A program made the position numbers and the translations under genes. 64,000 nt of DNA, taken from assembly GCA_963789955.1 (NCBI GenBank), contig CAWBMV010000001.1:96001-160000 (forward strand), read 5' to 3'. The number at the start of each line of letters is the position of its first letter. Position 1 is the stretch's first letter. This DNA comes from an uncultured Candidatus Rokubacteria bacterium. GTDB lineage: Bacteria > Methylomirabilota > Methylomirabilia > Rokubacteriales > CSP1-6. A model generated the notes under the pieces. It was not told the DNA's origin, searched no databases, and saw only the letters and a program-made list of their open reading frames with translations. Below, one piece after another: positions 1-11,421 of the stretch.

Positions 1-1274
1 TCATGGGCCGCACCTCGCCGCCTGCGCCAACATCATCGAGCACTACCCGATTCTGGAGCACCGAGAGCACCGCGCGGTCGCAATGCTCCCGCTCTGTCAC
101 GCGATGGGACGCAATCTCGCGATCACGATGCCGCTCATCGCGGACATCGTGCCGCACTATCCGGAGTCGGTGGACACCTTCGCCGACGCGCTCTACGAGA
201 TCGCAGCCGACGTTCGTGTTCACCGTGCCGCGCTATCTCCAGAAGTTCGCGGCGCATCTGCTGGTCGGTCTCGACCAGAGCTCGTGGGTCAAGCGAACCG
301 CCTATCGCTCGGCGATGAGCGGTCGGCCGGCGCGCCCTCGATCGGCGACGGAGCCGTGGCGGCCGCGCGTCGATGCCGGCGGCGCTCGCGCGCGCGCTCG
401 TCTTTCGCTGGCTCCTCGAGAAGGTCGGCTTCGCGCGCGCGGAGCTCGTGATCTCGAGCGGCGCGCCGCTGCCGGCCGCTGTGGCCGAGCTCTGGCAGGC
501 GTGGGGCGTCAATCTCTGCGAGGCGTACGGCCAGACCGAGACGGGCGGCGCGCTCGTCTCCGGCCAGCGCGGACCGTATCCGCAGCCCGGCGACGTCGGC
601 TCCGCGGCGCCGAACATGACGGTGGAGCTCGACGACGACGGCGAGATTCTCGTGACCGCGGCCGAGTTTTTCGGTGGATACTGGCGCGACCCCGACGCCA
701 CCCGGGCGCTGTACCGCGATGGCAAGCTCGCGACCGGCGACGTCGGCGAGTGGACCGCCGGCGGCTCGCTCAGGCTGGTCGACCGGAAGAAGGACATCCT
801 GATCACGGCCGGCGGCAAGAACGTGAGCCCCTCGCTCGTCGAGAACCGGCTGCGCGCGAGCCCGTACGTCAGCGAGGCCGCCGTGTTCGGCGAGGCGCGC
901 AAGTATCTGGTGGCGCTGCTCGAGGCCGACGGCGAGACGGTCGCCGAGTGGGCGCGCGAGCACGGCGTGGTCCACACGGGCTATGCATCGCTCGTGTCGC
1001 CACCCGGACGTGGTCGGGCTGATCGAAGCCGAGGTGAAGCGCGCGAACGGCGAGCTGACGCGCGTGGAGCAGGTGAAGGCATTTCGCCTGCTGCCGCGCG
1101 AGCTCGATCCCGAGCTCGAGGGCGAGCCGGTGACGCCGACGCGGAAGGTGAAGCGGCGGGTCATGGCCGAGCGCTACCGCGCATCTGGTCGAGTCGATGT
1201 ACGCGAACGACGAAGAACGACGGATCGCGGCCGAGGTCGGAACCGGCCGCCTTTCTCTTTCGACGGAGGACTAG
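1..1274 (+). CDS. Long-chain acyl-CoA synthetase / AMP-binding protein (5' partial, several frameshifts)
   Basis: YGQTE, ATGDVG, VDRKKDILITAGGKNVSP and TPTRKVKR motifs split over ORFs 83-451, 373-1320 and 983-2059; TAG 1272-1274 abuts the next ATG. Confidence 0.85.
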
Positions 1275-2427
1275 ATGGTCAGACGTGCTCTCACACTGCT
1301 CGCCGCGTTCCTCGTCGTGACCGTCACGCCGGCCCTCGCCCAGTACCGCATCGGGATGAGCGCCGCGATCACGGGCCCGGCGTCGTCCACGTACGCGCCG
1401 ACGTACGAGGCCTACAAGGCGTACTTCAAGCGCGTGAACGACGCGGGCGGTATCAACGGCCAGAAGGTGGAGATCACGTACGAGGACGACCGCGGCGAGC
1501 CGCAGCGCGCGGCTGCCAACGCGAAGAAGCTCGCCGAGGGCTCGATCCTGATGGTCAACGCGTCGACCTCGGCGACGTACAAGCCCTTCATGACCGAGTC
1601 GGAGTCCGAGAAGCTGCCGCTCCTGTTCGGCGGCGGCGTCTGTCCGCGCGAGGCGTTCCCGCCGGCCAATCCGCTCATCTTCTGCTCGACGTCGTTCGGC
1701 TCGAAGTGGGACAGTCGCTTCGCGCTCGGCTTCATCAAGGAGCAGGCCGCCGGCAAGAAGGTGAAGGTGGGCTTCGCCGCGCAGGACATTCCGCTCTCGC
1801 GCATCGAGCTCGAGTTCGCCGAGCAGCTCGCGAAGGAAATGGGGCTCGAGGCGATTCCGGTCGTCGTAGTCCCGGGCAACACGCCGGACTTCACGCCGTT
1901 CGCGCAGAAGCTGAAGGACGCCGGCGCCGACTGGGTGCTTCTCGTGGGCGCTGTGGCACGTCGAGGTCGGCGTGTTCGAGGCGCTTCAGCGTCTCGGCTG
2001 GCAGGGTAGCTATCTCCTCTACGGTCACCAGCAGACGCAGGACGAGCTGGCGCGGCTGAAGGCGCCGAACCTCTACGCCTTCGGCGGCAACACGCTCTTC
2101 ATGGAGAACCTGCCCATCCACACGGAGATCACGAATCTCGTCAAGGGGCAGACGACGCATCCGGCGCACTACATGGCCGAAGGCTGGGTGTCGGCGATGG
2201 TGCTCGAGGCCGGACTGAAGAAGTGCGGCTGGCCCTGCCCGAAGGACAAGCTTGCGACGGCGCTGGCCGGCGTGAGCGTCGACACGCGCGGGCTTCGCGG
2301 CGGTCCGATCGAGTGGACCGCGGACAACCACTACCGGAAGAACACCTACTACAAGGTCTACCGGTGGGACGCGTCCAAGAACGGCATCGCGCCGGTCGGC
2401 GGCTGGACGCGGCTCGAGATCAAATGA
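1275..2427 (+). CDS. ABC transporter substrate-binding protein, LIV (branched-chain amino acid) family; frameshift ~1940
   Basis: Signal peptide, IGMSAAITGP and GGINGQKVEITYEDD motifs; continues in ORF 1972-2427. Confidence 0.85.
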
Positions 2428-2558
2428 AGCCGCTGGCGCCTACAGCAGGCCACTCGCGGTCCGCGCCGGCCTCACGGACCCCGCTACAGTGAAGCCGCTG
2501 GCGCCTACAGCAGGCCACTCGCGGTCCGCGCCGGCCTCACGGAACCCCGCTACAGTGA
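2425..2558. repeat. Tandem direct repeat, 2 copies of 65/66 bp
   Basis: tgaagccgctggcgcctacagcaggccactcgcggtccgcgccggcctcacgga(a)ccccgctacag at 2425-2489 and 2490-2555, differing by one indel. Confidence 0.95.
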
Positions 2559-2562
2559 CGCG

Positions 2563-3438
2563 GTGACGCAGGCCCTCGCCACGACCGTCGTCGTCGCGAG
2601 CCTCTACGCGCTGCTGGCTGCCGGGTACGTGCTCGTCTACCGGGCGACGCGCGTCCTGAATCTGGCCCAGGGCGACATGATGACGCTCGGCGGCTATTTC
2701 CTGTTCCTGGTAGCCGCCGCGGTGCCCGGACAACCTGCGCTGGCGATCCTCACGGCCACGCTGCTGTCGGCGCTCGCCGGCTTCTTCATCTACCGCCTCC
2801 TGATGCGGCCGATGGCGGGCCACCCGATCTTCGCCGCGGTCCTCGTCACGGTCACCCTCGGCATCTTGCTGCGCGCCGCGATCGTGCTCGTCTACACCGA
2901 TCGCATCCGCCACCCGCTGCCGCTGCTCGGCCTCGCGAATCCCCCGCGCCGGCTGCCGGGTGGCGCCGTCGTCTCGACGTTCGACCTGCTCACGGTCGGC
3001 GCCGCGGCGGCGCTCTTCCTCGGGCTCTTCGCCTTTCTTCGGCTCTCGCCGCTCGGCATCCAGATGCGGGCGGCCGGCGAGAAGGCGCTGCTGGCCGCGC
3101 AGCGCGGGATCAACTTCCAGCTGCTCTTCGCGCTCTCGTGGGCGCTGGCCGGCCTCGCCGGCGCGCTCGCGGGCATTCTCTACGCGAACAACGTGCGCCT
3201 CGATCCGTCGCTCGGCGTCCTCGGCCTGAAGGCGTTTGCGGTCGCCCTGGTCGGTGGGCTCGACAGCCTCGCCGGCGTGATTCCCGGCGCGCTGCTCGTC
3301 GCTGCGGTCGAGGTGCTGTCCGTCCGCTATGGCGACCCGCTGCTCGCCGACGTCTCGCCGTTTCTCTGCCTGCTCGCGATGCTGCTCGTGCGGCCGTGGG
3401 GACTCTTCGGGACGAAGGAAGAGCTGGAGCGGGTGTGA
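2563..3438 (+). CDS. livH: Branched-chain amino acid ABC permease (LivH-like)
   Basis: Hydrophobic; VLNLAQG, GIQMRAAG, LVGGLDS and RPWGLFG motifs. Confidence 0.9.
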   Translation: MTQALATTVVVASLYALLAAGYVLVYRATRVLNLAQGDMMTLGGYFLFLVAAAVPGQPALAILTATLLSALAGFFIYRLLMRPMAGHPIFAAVLVTVTLGILLRAAIVLVYTDRIRHPLPLLGLANPPRRLPGGAVVSTFDLLTVGAAAALFLGLFAFLRLSPLGIQMRAAGEKALLAAQRGINFQLLFALSWALAGLAGALAGILYANNVRLDPSLGVLGLKAFAVALVGGLDSLAGVIPGALLVAAVEVLSVRYGDPLLADVSPFLCLLAMLLVRPWGLFGTKEELERV

Positions 3439-3443
3439 GCGCG

Positions 3444-3788
3444 CTACGGGAGGCCCAGGGTGTTCTTGAGAGCTCGTTCGACCTGGGCGAGCAGGTCGGG
3501 CGCCAGATGCCCCAGTCTCTTCACCAAGCGTCGTTTGTCGATCGCCCGAATCTGCTCGGTGACGGCCTTGGACTGAAACTTCAGCCCCGCGGCGCCCGCC
3601 GGGACGACCGCGTGACTCGGGGACACGAGGGCCGTGTTCTTCGTGAGCGGGATCACCACGGCCAGCTCGGCAAAGTGATTGATGCTGTCGTTGGAGAGCA
3701 CGATCACGGGCTGCGTCTTCTTGATCTCGACACCCAGTGTCGGATCGAGCCGCGCGAGGACGACATCACCGCGCCGGGCGGCGACCAC
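3444..3788 (-). CDS. mazF: Type II toxin, PemK/MazF family endoribonuclease
   Basis: RRGDVVLARLDPTLGVEIKKTQPVIVLSND and EQIRAIDKRRL. Confidence 0.92.
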   Translation of the reverse strand: MVAARRGDVVLARLDPTLGVEIKKTQPVIVLSNDSINHFAELAVVIPLTKNTALVSPSHAVVPAGAAGLKFQSKAVTEQIRAIDKRRLVKRLGHLAPDLLAQVERALKNTLGLP

Positions 3789-4074
3789 GCTTCTCTTCGT
3801 CCTCGAGAATGGCCCCGGCTTCGGCGTCGCTCACTTCCCACTCGGCGAGCAGATCGCGATCTTCGCTCGCGTGACCGGCGGCCCGCCGCGTGTAGTAGGT
3901 TCGATACCCTTCCGCCACTTTGTGCCGCTCGATCGCGTCGAGATATGACGTGAGGACCCTGGTGATGACCCGGCTCCGACGCGTCTTCGGAATCAAGGCA
4001 TTCGCCCGTTTCACGAGGTCGCGCGGCAGCGAGATGCTCACGACCTCGTATCGTCCCCGCGGCTCCGGCGACAT
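3766..4074 (-). CDS. Ribbon-helix-helix antitoxin (CopG/MazE-like)
   Basis: VVSISLPRDLVKRAN...RSRVITRVL RHH pattern, acidic C-terminus, overlaps toxin start; GGGGAG RBS before ATG 4074. Confidence 0.8.
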   Translation of the reverse strand: MSPEPRGRYEVVSISLPRDLVKRANALIPKTRRSRVITRVLTSYLDAIERHKVAEGYRTYYTRRAAGHASEDRDLLAEWEVSDAEAGAILEDEEKRGRRPAR

Positions 4075-4088
4075 AGACTCCCCCGACT

Positions 4089-4138
4089 CTGATAGTAGAT
4101 TTGTTATTAACTCTACTGATAGCCACATGTCACGTCAA
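4089..4138 (-). promoter_or_regulatory. Sigma70-type promoter and operator-like repeats of the TA operon
   Basis: TTGACG (4138-4133), 17 bp, TAGAGT (4115-4110); inverted repeat AGTAGA-N12-TCTACT 4094-4117; direct repeat CTGATAG at 4089 and 4116. Confidence 0.7.
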
Positions 4139-4159
4139 GCCCGGCGATTCGAGACGTAG

Positions 4160-5229
4160 ATGGCGTTCGGCGGCGGCTACTTCAAGACCACGTACGCGAG
4201 CGATCTGGCGCTGGTCGACACGCGGCTCCGGCGCGTCGCGCTCGGGCTGCTCATCCTCGTGCTGCTGGTGCTGCCGCGGTTCGTGTCGTCCTTCGCGCTC
4301 GATCTCGTCACGCAGACGGCGCTGGCGGCGGTCGGCGCGCTCGCGCTCAACCTCCTGACCGGCCTCGCGGGCCAGATCTCGCTCGGCCACGCCGGCTTCA
4401 TCGCCGCCGGCGCCTTCACCACGGCGTTCCTCGTCGAGAACCGCCTGCCGTCGCCGCTGCTGGCGCTGCCCGCCGCGGCGCTGGTGGGCGCGGCACTCGG
4501 CGTGATCGTCGGGATCCCGGCGCTCAGGCTCAAAGGGCTCTACCTGGCGCTCGGCACGCTCGCGCTCCATCACGTGGTGCTCTACGCGTGCGGCGAGTTC
4601 CAGAACCACTGGGGCGCCAACACGGGCGTGTCGATTCCGCCGCCACGACTCGGCGCCTGGGTGCTGAAGGGCACGACGGCCTGGTACTACGCGCTTGACC
4701 GCGGTCGCCGGCCTGGTGTTGATCCTGTCGGTGAATCTCCAGCGCTCGCGCGCCGGGCGCGCCTGGATGGCGATTCGCGATCGCGAGATCGCCGCCGAGT
4801 CCGTCGGGATCGACGTGGCGCGCTACAAGGTGCTCGCGTTCGTGTGGTCGAGCGCGCTCACGTCGGTGGCCGGCGCGCTGTTCGCGTACCAGCGCGCATT
4901 CGTGTCCGTCGAGGCGTTCGGATTCTTTCTCGCGATCGAGTACATCGCGATGGTCATCATCGGCGGCCTGGGCTCCGCGCTGGGCGCCGTGCTCGGCGCC
5001 GCGTTCGTGACCTTGCTGCCGTACGGGATCGACGCCGGCGGTCGCCGCGCTCCGTGTGCCCGGCGGCGCCGAGTACTACCTGTTCCCGCTGAAATTCGGC
5101 GCGTTCGGTCTCCTGATGGCCGCGTTCCTGGTCTTCGAGCCGCAGGGGCTCGTCGGGATCTGGCGTCGCGCCCGCAACTGGGTCGTGCTCTGGCCGCTGC
5201 GCTACCGGCCGCTCCGGCCCGCGTCGTGA
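4160..5229 (+). CDS. livM: Branched-chain amino acid ABC permease (LivM-like); frameshifts ~4695, ~5040
   Basis: LNLLTGLAGQISLGHAGF, LRLKGLYLAL, GRAWMAIRDREIAA and FEPQGLVG. Confidence 0.88.
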
Positions 5230-6035
5230 CGCCGCTGCTCGAGCTGGAGAACCTCGAGGTCGTGTACCACCACGTCGCGACGGCGATCCAGGGTGTGTCG
5301 CTTCGCGTGCCGCCGGGCTCGATCGTCGCGCTGCTCGGCACCAACGGCGCGGGCAAGACGACCACGCTCCGGGCGATCTCGGGCTTTCTCGGCGCCGACG
5401 ACGCGCAGATCGTCGGCGGCCGCGTGGTCTTCCAGGGCACGGCCGTCACCGGTCGTGCGCCCCACGAGCTGGCGCGCCGGGGTCTCGTGCTGGTCCCGGA
5501 GCGTGACAAGGTCTTCGAGACCCTGACCGTCCAGGAGAACCTGCGGGCATTGGTGCCGGGCTCGCGGGCCGATCGCGACGCGGAGCGGCCGCCCGTGACG
5601 CTCGAGCAGGTCTTCCACTACTTCCCCGTGCTGGCCGGGCGGCGCCGCCAGCTCGCCGGCTATCTCTCGGGCGGCGAGCGTCAGATGCTGGCCCTGGCGA
5701 CGGCGCTGCTGTGTCGGCCGCGCGTGCTGCTCGTCGACGAGCTGTCGCTCGGGCTGGCGCCGCTGGTGGTCGAGACGCTCATGGCCCTGGTCGCGCGTCT
5801 CCGCGACGAGCTGGGGCTGGCCGTGCTGCTCGTCGAGCAGAATGCCGGCGCGGCGCTCGCGGTCGCGAACTCCGGCTACGTCATGGAGCACGGCCGCATC
5901 GTCTACGACGGCACGGTCGAGCGCCTGCTCGCGCACGAGGACGTCCGCGAGTTCTATCTGGGCGTGGGGCATCGCGCCGGGCGCAAGAGCTACACCGACG
6001 TGAAGCAGTATCAGAGGCGCCGCCGGTGGTTCTGA
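5226..6035 (+). CDS. livF: ABC ATP-binding protein (LivF-like)
   Basis: Walker [33 protein letters not shown]. Confidence 0.9.
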   Translation: MTPLLELENLEVVYHHVATAIQGVSLRVPPGSIVALLGTNGAGKTTTLRAISGFLGADDAQIVGGRVVFQGTAVTGRAPHELARRGLVLVPERDKVFETLTVQENLRALVPGSRADRDAERPPVTLEQVFHYFPVLAGRRRQLAGYLSGGERQMLALATALLCRPRVLLVDELSLGLAPLVVETLMALVARLRDELGLAVLLVEQNAGAALAVANSGYVMEHGRIVYDGTVERLLAHEDVREFYLGVGHRAGRKSYTDVKQYQRRRRWF

Positions 6036-6809
6036 GGGTCGACGACGTCACGCTCGATTTCGACGGGCTGCGCGCGCTGACGTCCGTCAGCATGTCGATC
6101 GACGCCGGCGCGCTGGCCGCCCTGGTCGGGCCGAACGGCGCCGGCAAGACGTGCCTGCTGAACTGCGTGGGAGGATTCTACGCGCCGACGTCGGGGAGAA
6201 TCGTGTTCGGCGACGCCGCGATCCAGGGCCTGGCGCCTCACCGGATCGCCGCGCACGGCATCGCGCGAACGTTTCAGTTCGTGGAGCTCTTCCGCGGCAT
6301 GACGGTGCTCGACAACATCCTGCTCGGCCGGCACCGGCACATGCGGGCCGGGGTGCTCGCCGGCGGCGATCTTCTGGGGACGCTCGCGGCGCGAAGAGAC
6401 GACTCACCGGCGGCGCGTCGAGGAGATCATCGAGTTCCTCGAGCTCGAGCGCGCTCGCAAGGAGCTGGTCGCGAGCCTGCCGTTCGGCGTCCAGAAGATC
6501 GTGGCGATCGGGCGGGCGCTCGCGATGGAGCCGAAGCTCTTGCTGCTGGACGAGCCGTCGACCGGCATGAACCGCGAGGAGAAGGAGAACCTCGCCCGGT
6601 TCCTGCTGCGGATCAAGCACGAGCTCCGGATGACCATGCTGTGGGTCGAGCACGACATGGAGCTGGTGGGCGATCTGGCCGACACCGTGACCGTGCTGGA
6701 CTTCGGCCAGCGCATCGCCAGCGGGCCGCCGGACGCGGTGCTCCGCGATCCGCGCGTGATCGAGGCCTATCTGGGCCGCGCCGCGAGCCGAGAGAAAGGA
6801 GCGCGATGA
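6026..6809 (+). CDS. livG: ABC ATP-binding protein (LivG-like); frameshift ~6370
   Basis: [36 protein letters not shown]. Confidence 0.9.
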
Positions 6810-7823
6810 TGCTGTTGCCGACGTCGGTCGTGGGAAGTCATGGGCTGCCCGGGTGGGTGTGGCTCGCGCGCGAGGCGATGGAGGCCGGCCGCCTGGGGCC
6901 GATCGACGTGCGCGAGCTGATGGAAGACGCGACGCAGGCGGCGTTGCTCGACCAGGAGCGCGCCGGCGTCGACGTCGTGAGCACGGGCGAGATGATGCGC
7001 GTGCGCTTCATCATCGGCTTCTACGATCGCTTCACCGGCATCCGGACCTTGCCGGCCGCGCGGCGCCTGGGCCAGCCGCTCTGGGACACGAACACGCCGT
7101 TCGAGGTCATCGAGCGCATCAGCGCGCCCGAAGGGCTCGGCATCGTCGACGAGTTCAAGCTGGCGCGCTCGCTGACGTCCAAGCGCATCAAGGCCACGGT
7201 GCCGGGACCGTACACCTTGCTCGTCCCGCTCAAGCTCGGCGGCAGCTACCGCGACAAGGACACGCTGCTCGCGGACCTCGTCGGGATCGTCAACGCCGAG
7301 TGTCGGGCGCTCGTCGCCGCCGGCGCCGACTTCATCCAGATCGACGAGCCGCACAGCGGCATGTACTCCGGCGCGCCGCCGCGCTTCGACCAGGGTGTGA
7401 ACCGGGCGGTCGAGGGGATCGAGGCCAAGATCGCGGTGCACGTCTGCTTCGGCAACCTCTACGGGCGTCCGTTCTCGGCGGTGCGCGACTTCCGGAACCT
7501 CTACCCGCTCGTGCGCGACCTGCGCGCCTCGCAGATCGTGCTCGAGTTCGCCAACCGGGGCATGGACGACCTGCGCTTCTGGAAGGAGTTCCCGAGCGAC
7601 AAGGAGCTCGGCGCGGGCGTCATCGACGTGAAGGCGTTCAAGGCCGAGTCGCCGGCCGACGTGGCGGAGCGCATCCGTGAGATGCTGAAGCACGTGCGCG
7701 CCGGACAAGCTCTGGCTCAATCCCGATTGCGGATTCTGGGAGACGCCGCGCTGGGTGGTGAAGCAAAAGCTCGCCGCGCTCGTCGAGGGGGCGGCGATCG
7801 TCCGAAAGGAGCTCGGCGGCTAA
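6806..7823 (+). CDS. Cobalamin-independent methionine synthase II family (MetE catalytic domain only); frameshift ~7700
   Basis: TSVVGS, TGEMMR, IQIDEP; Zn ligands HVC, LEFA and NPDCG (after the frameshift). Confidence 0.85.
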
Positions 7824-7867
7824 GACGTTTTGAGCGTCGCGTATCGTGTACGGAGGAGGAGCCCACC

Positions 7868-10228
7868 ATGACCGACGTGCTGTCCGCGAGCGACCTGGAC
7901 CTGGTGGATGCCTACTGGCGCGCCTCGAACTACCTCACGATCGGCCAGATCTACCTGCTCGACAATCCGCTCCTGCGCGAGCCGCTCAAGGCCGAGCACA
8001 TCAAGCAGCGCCTCCTCGGACACTGGGGGACGTCACCCGGTCAGAATCTCCTCTACGTGCACCTGAACCGCCTCATCACGCGGCACGACGCCGAGATCGA
8101 TCTATCTGTCCGGCCCCGGCCACGGCGGTCCGGCGATCGTGGCCCAGGTGTACCTCGAGGGCACGTACTCGGAGATCTATCCGGACGTCACCGAGAGATG
8201 TCGCCGGCCTACGCAAGCTCTTCCGACAGTTCTCGACGCCCGGCGGCATCCCGAGTCACGTGAGCGTGACGACGCCGGGATCGATCCACGAGGGCGGCGA
8301 GCTCGGCTACGTGCTCGTGCACGCCTTCGGCGCCGCGTTCGACAATCCGGACCTCATCGTCGCCGCCGTCGTCGGCGACGGCGAGGCGGAAACCGGACCG
8401 CTGGCCGGAAGCTGGAAGGGGATCAGCTTTCTGAATCCCGCGCGGGACGGCGCGGTGCTGCCGATCCTGCACCTGAACGGCTACAAGATCGCGGGGCCGA
8501 CCGTGCTCGGTCGTTCCAGTGATGCCGAGATCGAAAGCTTCCTCGGCGGTCAGGGCTACGACGTGCTGTTCGTCGAGGGCAGCGAGCCGAAGGCGGTCCA
8601 CCGGTTGCTCGCCGAGGCGCTGGAGACGTGCTACGTGCGGATCCGCGCGATCCAGCGCGAAGCGCGCGATCGCGGTGGAGTCGGCCGCCCCCGCTGGCCC
8701 GCGCTCGTGCTGCGAACGCCGAAAGGATGGACGGGCCCCAAGGTCGTGGACGGCGTGAAGATCGAGGGCACGTTCCGAGCGCACCAGGTGCCGCTGAGCG
8801 AGGTGAAGACGAATGCCGAGCACCTGCGCATGCTCGAGAGCTGGATGCGCAGCTACCGGCCGCAGGAGCTGTTCGACGCCGCCGGCCGGTTGGTGCCCGA
8901 CGTGGCGGCATTGGCCCCGGCCGGCGCGCGACGGATGGGGGCGAACCCGCATGCCAATGGCGGCCACGGGGCGCCGCTCGATCTTCCGCCCTTCCGGGAC
9001 TACGCGATCGCCGTGCGCCGCCCGGCGACGGAGCACGCCGAATCGACCCGGCAGCTCGGCAAGCTCATGCGCGACGTCTTTGCCCGCACCAAGCAGCACG
9101 CCAACTTCAGGCTCTACTGCCCGGACGAAACCAACTCGAATCGCCTCGGAGACGTCTTCGAGGCGGAGAACCGCTGCCTCGTGGAGCGCGTGCTGCCGGA
9201 CGACGACCACGTGTCGCCGGACGGGCGCGTGATGGAGGTACTCAGCGAGCACCTCTGTCAGGGCTGGCTCGAGGGCTACACGCTCACCGGGCGTCACGGG
9301 CTCTTCGCGACCTACGAGGCGTTCGCGATGGTGTCGGCCTCCATGACGGTGCAGCACGCCAAGTGGCTCGAGGAGAGCGTGCGGCTTCCGTGGCGAAAGC
9401 CGATCCCGTCGCTCAACGTGCTGCTCACCTCGACCGTGCTGGCGAAACGATCACAACGGCTTCAGTCATCAAGGCCCCGGCTTGATCGATGTGATGCTCT
9501 CGAAGAAGGGGACGGTCTCCCGGATCTATCTGCCCCCCGACGCGAACTGCCTGCTCGCGACGGCGGATCACTGTTTCCGGAGCCGGAACTACGTGAACCT
9601 CATCGTCATCGACAAGCAGCCGCAGCTCCAGTGGCTCGCCATCGACGAGGCGATCGAGCACTGCGCGCGCGGGGCTTCGATCTGGCGGTGGGCCAGCAAC
9701 GACGGCGGGACCACGCCCGATGTCGTGCTGGCGGCGGCCGGCGATATCCCGACTCTCGAGATCGTGGCGGCGGCGTGGTGGCTACGACATCACGCGCCGG
9801 AGCTGAAGGTGCGCGTCGTCAACGTCGTGGATCTCATGACGCTCTTCACTCCGGACGTGCACCCGCACGGGATGGACGGGGCCGCGTTCGACGACGTCTT
9901 CACCAGCGACGCCCACGTCATCTTCGCCTTCCACGGCTATCAGCGCGCGATCCACCAGATCATCCACGGCCGTCCGAATCCCGAGCGGTTCCACGTCCGC
10001 GGGTTCAACGAGGAAGGCACCACCACGACCCCGTTCGACATGGTGGTCCGCAACGGCATGAGCCGGTACGACCTCTGCATCGAGGCGCTGCGGCGCGGCG
10101 GCAGCGCGCTCCCGCGCAGCGCCGCGTTGATCGCCGAATGTCGCGAGGCGCTGGAGCGCCATCACGTCTACACTCGCGACCACCTGGAGGACATGCCCGA
10201 GGTGCGTGACTGGACGTGGAGCGAATGA
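7868..10228 (+). CDS. xfp: Xylulose-5-phosphate/fructose-6-phosphate phosphoketolase (frameshifts ~8100, ~8195, ~9440)
   Basis: [62 protein letters not shown]. Confidence 0.95.
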
Positions 10229-11421
10229 ACGTTCTCGCGATCAACTGTGGCAGCTCGTCCATCAAGTTCGGACTGTTCGCGCCCGCCGGCGGGCAACAGG
10301 CTCGTGCCGTGAGCCGGCTCGCGGGCGGCCGCGTCGAGAAGCTCGGCGGCGAGAAGACGGAGCTGCACTTCGAGACGGAGGGAGGTAAGCCGCTGGAGAC
10401 GACGGCGGCGGTGCGCGACCACACGGCGGGCGTGCAACGGATCGCGGAGTGGCTGGGCGCGATGCAGCTGGTCGTCCACGCGGTCGGGCATCGCGTGGTG
10501 CACGGCGGCCCGCGCTTTCGGACACCGACGGTACTCGACGACGGGGTCATCGCGGCGATTCACGAGCTCGAAGCGCTTGCGCCGTTGCACAACGGTCCGA
10601 GCCTCGCCGGTATCAAAGCCTGTCGCGCTGCGCTCGGCGGCGACGTTCCGATGGTCGCGGTCTTCGACACCGCGTTTCATGCCTCGCTGCCGGAGCGCGC
10701 CTGGCGCTACGCCATCCCGCGGGAGCTCGCCGACCGTCACGGTATTCGTCGGTTCGGGTTCCATGGAATCTCCTACCGTGCCGTGCTCGAGCGCTACTGC
10801 GCCCTCACGGGCACCCCCGAGTCGCAGGCGACGATCATCGCCCTGCATCTCGGGAGCGGCTGCTCGGCGGTGGCGATCGCGAACGGCCGCTCGGTCGACA
10901 CGTCGATGGGACTCACGCCGCTCGAAGGGCTCGTGATGGGCACCAGATCCGGCGACATCGATCCGGCGATCGTCGAGCATCTCTCGCGGGTCGAGAGCGT
11001 CCCGGCCACCGACGTGGAGCGCTGGCTGAACGAGCGATCCGGCTTGCTGGGGCTCTCGTCGCGGAGCGGCGATCTACGCGACCTGCTGGCGCACGAGCGT
11101 GACGACGACCGCGCGGCGATCGCCATCGAAGTGTTCTGCTATCGCATCCGGAAGTACATCGGCGCGTACCTCGCCGCGCTCGGTGGCGCGCAGGCCGTTG
11201 TGTTCACGGGCGCCATCGGCGAGCGGTCGGCCGAGGTTCGGGCGCGGGTCTGTCAAGGTCTCGAGTGCGTCGGCCTGATCCTCGATCCGCGAGCCAACGG
11301 CGCCGACGACGGCAGCGCCCGACGCATCAGCGCCTCGGGGGCGCGGCTGGCGGCCTTCGTCATTCCGACCGACGAGGAGAGCGAGATCGCGCGCGACACC
11401 GTGCAGGCGCTGCGTCGGTGA
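10216..11421 (+). CDS. ackA: Acetate kinase
   Basis: LAINCGSSSIKF, GHRVVHGG, LAPLHN, VFDTAFH, GFHGISY, LEGLVMGTRSGDIDP. Confidence 0.95.
   Translation: MERMNVLAINCGSSSIKFGLFAPAGGQQARAVSRLAGGRVEKLGGEKTELHFETEGGKPLETTAAVRDHTAGVQRIAEWLGAMQLVVHAVGHRVVHGGPRFRTPTVLDDGVIAAIHELEALAPLHNGPSLAGIKACRAALGGDVPMVAVFDTAFHASLPERAWRYAIPRELADRHGIRRFGFHGISYRAVLERYCALTGTPESQATIIALHLGSGCSAVAIANGRSVDTSMGLTPLEGLVMGTRSGDIDPAIVEHLSRVESVPATDVERWLNERSGLLGLSSRSGDLRDLLAHERDDDRAAIAIEVFCYRIRKYIGAYLAALGGAQAVVFTGAIGERSAEVRARVCQGLECVGLILDPRANGADDGSARRISASGARLAAFVIPTDEESEIARDTVQALRR

Noticed and set aside
2425..2558. CRISPR array
   Set aside because: Only two contiguous 65-bp units, no spacers, no cas genes
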